This document shows positions 59,690 to 64,000 of a stretch of 64,000 bases of DNA, piece by piece. The notes under the pieces are model-generated. The model was not told the origin of the DNA. It searched no databases and saw nothing but the letters and a program-made list of their open reading frames with translations. The stretch lies in the NCBI GenBank assembly GCA_965218795.1, contig OZ244653.1, positions 224,001-288,000 on the forward strand, given 5' to 3'. Each line of letters opens with the position of its first letter. Position 1 is the stretch's first letter. The translations under genes and the position numbers were made by a program. Source of the DNA: a bacterium (lineage in GTDB: Bacteria; UBA8248; JACPRG01; G963555815).

Positions 59690-59718
59690 ATCCTGAGAAA
59701 CCGGAAGTTTCTCAGGAT
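59690..59718. terminator. strong hairpin (terminator or operator)
   Basis: ATCCTGAGAAAC-CGGAA-GTTTCTCAGGAT, 12-bp perfect stem without U-tract. Confidence 0.4.
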
Positions 59719-59830
59719 CACGGGGATGTCACGATTTCCCTATTGAAGACCCCAGGATTGCATTTTCGCAGGGGGATAGATTCACCCATTGGGCACAGCC
59801 CGAATTTCCAACCAGGGAGGGATGTAGAAG

Positions 59831-60679
59831 ATGGCAGCTGATTATGCAAGTCCAGAGACTTTGGTCAGCACGGACTGGGTCGCCGAACACCTGAACGACT
59901 CGAATGTTCGCCTGCTCGAAGTGGACGTGGACACCCAAGCCTACGACGAAGGGCACATCCCCGGCGCGGTGGGTCTTAATTGGGAGACGCAACTCCAGGA
60001 TCAGCTGCGTCGCGATCTGGCATCCAAGGAGAACCTCGAAAGGCTGATGGGTTCCGCCGGCGTCACCCCCGACATGACCGTCGTCGTCTACGGGGACAAC
60101 AACAATTGGTTCGCCGCCTGGGCGCTCTGGCAGCTGAAACGCCACGGGCACAAGGACGTCCGCATCATGAACGGCGGGCGCGTGAAGTGGCTGGCCGAGG
60201 GACGTGAGACGACGACCGAAAAGCCGGACATCGCAGCGTCCACCTACACCGCCCAGGACCCCGACGATTCCATTCGGGCGAAGCGGGATCAGGTCATCAC
60301 GGCCGTCCAGTCCGGCTCTTCCAGGCTGGTCGATGTGCGGTCGCCCGATGAATTCTCCGGCAAGCTGCTGGCCCCTCCCGGGCTCGAAGGGAAGGAAGGG
60401 TGCCAGCGGGGCGGCCACATCCCCGGCGCGGCGAACATTCCCTGGGGCAAGGCGGTCAATGAAGACGGCACCTTCAAGTCTGTCGACGAACTGAATGAAC
60501 TGTATGGGAGCCAAGGCATTGACGGCAGCGGTGAGACCATCGCGTATTGCCGGATCGGCGAGCGCTCCTCGCATACCTGGTACGTCTTGAAGTACCTCCT
60601 CGGGCACGACAACGTCCGCAATTACGACGGGTCCTGGACCGAGTGGGGCAACTTGGTGGACGTGCCGATCGAAAAATAA
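59831..60679 (+). CDS. tandem-domain rhodanese sulfurtransferase
   Basis: GHIPGA x2, YCRIGERSS, NYDGSWTEW. Confidence 0.92.
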   Translation: MAADYASPETLVSTDWVAEHLNDSNVRLLEVDVDTQAYDEGHIPGAVGLNWETQLQDQLRRDLASKENLERLMGSAGVTPDMTVVVYGDNNNWFAAWALWQLKRHGHKDVRIMNGGRVKWLAEGRETTTEKPDIAASTYTAQDPDDSIRAKRDQVITAVQSGSSRLVDVRSPDEFSGKLLAPPGLEGKEGCQRGGHIPGAANIPWGKAVNEDGTFKSVDELNELYGSQGIDGSGETIAYCRIGERSSHTWYVLKYLLGHDNVRNYDGSWTEWGNLVDVPIEK

Positions 60680-60761
60680 ACCGGCGTTCCTCCGTGCCGT
60701 CCCGTTCCCGCGCTCAACTGGGGGAACGGGCGGGGGGGACGACGAAGGGAGAACATCCAGA

Positions 60762-61685
60762 ATGGCCTCCGTGACCCACCGACAATTGGCCGGACAGTAC
60801 CCGCTCCTTCAACTGATCGGGAACACCCCGTTGATCCCCATCCGGATCGTCGAGGAGGTCTGTCCGGACGTCCAGGTGCTCGGCAAGGCGGAGTTCATGA
60901 ACCCGGGGGGGTCGATCAAGGATCGTCCGGTCCGGCGCATGCTGCTGGAGGCCGTGGCATCGGGCGAGTTGACGGCGGAGAAGACTATTCTGGATTCGAC
61001 CTCGGGCAACGCCGGGATCGCATACGCGATGATCGGCGTCGTGCTGGAGCAGCCGGTCTTGCTCGTAATGCCCGAGAACGCCAGCGAGGAGCGGAAGAAA
61101 CGCATTCTTGCCCACGGCGCCCAGGTGAAGTTCACCGATCCTATTCTGGGATATGATGAGGCCCTCCGCGAGGTCCATCGGCTATACGAAGCCGAGCCGG
61201 ACCGCTACTACTTCGCCGATCAGTACAAGAACGAGAGCAATTGGCGGGCCCATTACGAGACCACGGCCGAGGAGATCCTCGCCCAGACGAAAGGACAGAT
61301 CTCCCATTTCGTTGCAGGGGTCGGCACCGGCGGGACGGTTACCGGCATCGGCCGCCGGCTCAAGGAACACGACCCTTCCATCGAGGTGGTCCTGGTCGTG
61401 CCCGAGGAATGGCCCGGCGTGGAAGGGCTGAAGCCGCTCGGCCCCGGTTATATCTCGCCCGAAATTTTTGATGAAGGGATCGTCGACCGGCGCCTCACCG
61501 TCACCGTCGATGATGCCTATCGCGCCTGCCACAGCGTCGCCCGGGAAGGACTTTTCATCGGACAGTCCTCCGGGGCCTTCCTGGCCGGAGTGGAAACGCT
61601 GGCCAAGGACATTCGAAGAGGGAAGGTGGTCACCATCCTCCCGGATATGGGGGAACGCTACTTCTCGACCCGACTCTGGCACTGA
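60762..61685 (+). CDS. PLP-dependent cysteine synthase (CysM-like)
   Basis: IGNTPL, NPGGSIKDR, STSGNAG, GTGGT, GQSSG, DMGERY. Confidence 0.88.
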   Translation: MASVTHRQLAGQYPLLQLIGNTPLIPIRIVEEVCPDVQVLGKAEFMNPGGSIKDRPVRRMLLEAVASGELTAEKTILDSTSGNAGIAYAMIGVVLEQPVLLVMPENASEERKKRILAHGAQVKFTDPILGYDEALREVHRLYEAEPDRYYFADQYKNESNWRAHYETTAEEILAQTKGQISHFVAGVGTGGTVTGIGRRLKEHDPSIEVVLVVPEEWPGVEGLKPLGPGYISPEIFDEGIVDRRLTVTVDDAYRACHSVAREGLFIGQSSGAFLAGVETLAKDIRRGKVVTILPDMGERYFSTRLWH

Positions 61686-61893
61686 GCAGGGGGGGCGAAG
61701 CGAAGGAAGCGGTGTTTCGCCAAATGGTGACTTTTTGCAGTTGTTCCCGGACCGTTTCGATCATCTGCACGACTGAAAACGGTTCGGTCAGAACCAAATC
61801 GTTCTTATCCTCTTCGACGCGCTGATCGTTGCCTTTCCGACCCCAGCTCGAAAAATAATGGGAATGATACGCTTGCCTAGCCAGGCCTTTTCT

Positions 61894-61920
61894 CTGGATT
61901 CCCGATTCCGCGGGAATGAC
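61894..61920. repeat. RS3-like palindromic repeat
   Basis: CTGGATTCCCGATTCCGCGGGAATGAC, with a partial inverted partner CGGGAATCCA at ~61989-61998. Confidence 0.45.
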
Positions 61921-62082
61921 AACCAGAACCATGCCGTTCCCCCCAGCGCGGTCCACCCCCGACGAAAGCCTTCGGGGGCAGGCTGAAACGGGAATCCATC
62001 ACAAGGGAGAAGTTGACTTACGCGGCACCTGACGATCGCGAGGAGAGGATACGGCCATAGGGAATTTTGAGAATGGGACGGC

Positions 62083-62949
62083 TCAGCAGGCCAGCAGGAT
62101 CTCGCGGACCACGCTGGCGGCCGTGACCGAGGAAATGCCTGAAGGATCGATGCCGGGCGATAGCTCTACGACATCCGCGCCGACCACGTTCCTCCCCTCA
62201 AGCCGGTGGATGATGGATTCGAGCTCAAGGAAAGTCCAGCCCCCGGGTTCGGGGGTCCCGGTGCCGGGCAGGACGGAGGGGTCGAGGACATCCAAATCGA
62301 GACTCAGGTACAGGGGCCTTCCCGCAAATCCGTCGAGCATGCCGGAGAGGTTCTCCTGGGCTACGGGCTGCACTTGGGTGGACCGGCGCGAGAACCCCAT
62401 TTCCTCCCGGGTCCCGGAACGGATGCCGCACTGAACCAGGGTCACGTTTTCCGACAGGTCCAGCAATCGGCGCATGACCGTGGCGTGGGAATGGCGGCCC
62501 CCCTCATAGTCGTCCCGCAGGTCGGCGTGGGCGTCCAACTGGAGCACCAGGAGATCCGGATGTTTCTCTTGGATGGCTTCGGCCAGGGGCAGGGTGATCA
62601 AGTGCTCCCCGCCCAGGGCGAGAATCCGCTTTTCCGATCGGATGATCTCGGCGCTCTTGGAGCGAATGGTTTCCAAAGGGCGTTCCAGGCCTTTCCCGCA
62701 CTCCCGGGAGCCTCGGGGGAGATCCAAGTCGCCCGCATCGGCGATCGACAGGTCAGTCAGGTCACGGCGGAACCGCGGGCTGTAGGTCTCCAGTCCGTGC
62801 GATGCCGCCCGGAGGGCGGCCGGCCCCATCCGGGTGCCCGGACGAAAGGTAACGGTTTCTTCCAGGGGACATCCGAGGAGAACCCATTCCGCGTCGGAAA
62901 TGGAGCCGTCCGCGGAGAGAAAGCGAATCGCTTCGTCTGAAGAGCTCAC
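62083..62949 (-). CDS. speB: agmatinase
   Basis: GGEHLIT, LDAHADL, SLDLDVLDP, GTPEPGG, DVVEL; GTG start overlaps speE stop. Confidence 0.9.
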   Translation of the reverse strand: MSSSDEAIRFLSADGSISDAEWVLLGCPLEETVTFRPGTRMGPAALRAASHGLETYSPRFRRDLTDLSIADAGDLDLPRGSRECGKGLERPLETIRSKSAEIIRSEKRILALGGEHLITLPLAEAIQEKHPDLLVLQLDAHADLRDDYEGGRHSHATVMRRLLDLSENVTLVQCGIRSGTREEMGFSRRSTQVQPVAQENLSGMLDGFAGRPLYLSLDLDVLDPSVLPGTGTPEPGGWTFLELESIIHRLEGRNVVGADVVELSPGIDPSGISSVTAASVVREILLAC

Positions 62950-63800
62950 TTCAGCAGATCTTTTACGAATCGGGGGAGTTGCAAGGCGGCGAGGTGGATG
63001 TCGGGCGTATAGAACCTCGTTTCCAGACTCCGTTTGCTGAAGCGATCGGCGTAGGGGCCGTCCAGCGGGCCGAAGGCCTTGCCGGCAAAGGAGAAGCTCC
63101 AGTGGCCGCCGGGATAGGTGACCACCGGTGCGAGATAGAGCCGTACGTGAGGAAAGATTCCGCGGAGCCTTTGCACGACGGAGCGGACAATGTCGCCGTC
63201 GAAGAAGGGCGACTCGCTTTGGAGTGCCAGCACGCCATCCGGACGGAGGCACTTCGATACGCTTCGAAAGAACGGCTCCTCGAACAGGCCGACCGCCGGA
63301 CCCACAGGATCCGTGGAGTCCACCAGCACGACATCATAGGAATCCGGATGTTCGCGGACGAATTGGATCCCGTCTTCACAGAAGATACGAGTCCGGGCGT
63401 CGTCGAACCCGACGCTCAGCGCGGGGAGGAACTTCCTGGAGACTTGAATGACCATTTCATCGATCTCGACCAGGTCGGCCCGCTGAACCGAGGGGTGTTT
63501 CAGGACTTCCCGAAGGGTGCCTCCGTCCCCTCCGCCGATGATCAAGATATTGCGGGGGTTCGGATGCGCGCAGAGGGGCAAATGGGTCAGCATGTCGTGG
63601 TAGACGAATTCGTCCCGTTCGGTGAGCATGATGATCCCGTCCAGCGTCAGGAGCCGGCCGAATCCCTCGGTCTCGAAGACTTCAACAAGCTGGAAGGGGC
63701 TTTGCTCGCGAAAGAGCCGATCCTTGATTCGAAGGCCGATCAGGTATTCGTCATGGTGGGAATCCGTCAACCATTCTGAATTGGATTCGCCGGTGGGCAT
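62946..63800 (-). CDS. speE: polyamine aminopropyltransferase (spermidine synthase)
   Basis: LTLDG...DEFVYHDML, IIGGGDGG, VEID, VDSTDPVGP, YPGGHW. Confidence 0.92.
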   Translation of the reverse strand: MPTGESNSEWLTDSHHDEYLIGLRIKDRLFREQSPFQLVEVFETEGFGRLLTLDGIIMLTERDEFVYHDMLTHLPLCAHPNPRNILIIGGGDGGTLREVLKHPSVQRADLVEIDEMVIQVSRKFLPALSVGFDDARTRIFCEDGIQFVREHPDSYDVVLVDSTDPVGPAVGLFEEPFFRSVSKCLRPDGVLALQSESPFFDGDIVRSVVQRLRGIFPHVRLYLAPVVTYPGGHWSFSFAGKAFGPLDGPYADRFSKRSLETRFYTPDIHLAALQLPRFVKDLLK

Positions 63801-63829
63801 GCCGAGCCTGCTTACAGAAATCGGTGGAT

Positions 63830-64000
63830 TCAGTTCCACAGGACGACGGCGGCGACGACAGCGCCGTGATGCTCGACCTTGTGTTCGACGCTCCGGGATA
63901 CAACCTGCCGGATCGGCCTGCCGCGCACCTTCATGCCTTCGGCGGCCATCCGGCGGACCATCCCCTCGACTTCTTCGCACGGACCCAATTCCCCGGCCTC
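63830..64000 (-). CDS. pdaD: pyruvoyl-dependent arginine decarboxylase, 3' end (partial)
   Basis: Not in track: [27 protein letters not shown]...[19 protein letters not shown]; directly upstream of speE-speB. Confidence 0.7.
   Translation of the reverse strand, partial: EAGELGPCEEVEGMVRRMAAEGMKVRGRPIRQVVSRSVEHKVEHHGAVVAAVVLWN

Noticed and set aside
1-64000. CRISPR array, rRNA or tRNA
   Set aside because: No regularly spaced repeat-spacer units, cas genes, rRNA signatures or cloverleafs were noticed on reading; not verified computationally.

Overview
High-GC bacterial DNA in two parts. (1) 1-~17.45 kb is a decayed, mosaic accessory/defence island. It holds the 5' end of a secreted protein gene, a dead IS3 element cutting a LysR gene, topB/recQ/ssb remnants, one intact and one truncated arm-type tyrosine integrase (each with a dif-like core site upstream), a CxxC-repeat protein, a fused type IIG-like restriction-modification gene, a DUF3800 nuclease-like gene, a DUF429 remnant, a HEPN (RxxxxH) protein, and IS3/IS5 scraps. 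(2) ~17.8-64 kb is core-like. It holds crcB, a glcF-like gene, a thiol-redox group including a probable DsbA/FrnE selenoprotein (in-frame TGA plus SECIS-like hairpin) and a cupredoxin that has lost its CuA ligands, then tatA-rel-rpmB-recG, an aquaporin and uvrA. Next is a ~16 kb putative N-compound catabolic cluster: two atypical DHDPS-family enzymes, an amidinotransferase, an amino-acid ABC transporter whose binding protein is frameshifted by a 23-bp tandem duplication, RidA, three tandem 511-aa amidohydrolases, an NMT1-type binding protein and an atypical M24 enzyme. The window ends with acyl-CoA genes, a probable unannotated 6S RNA, sulfurtransferase-cysteine synthase and a pdaD-speE-speB polyamine operon. 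No CRISPR array, rRNA or tRNA was seen. All family assignments come from motif recognition by eye, not database searches.
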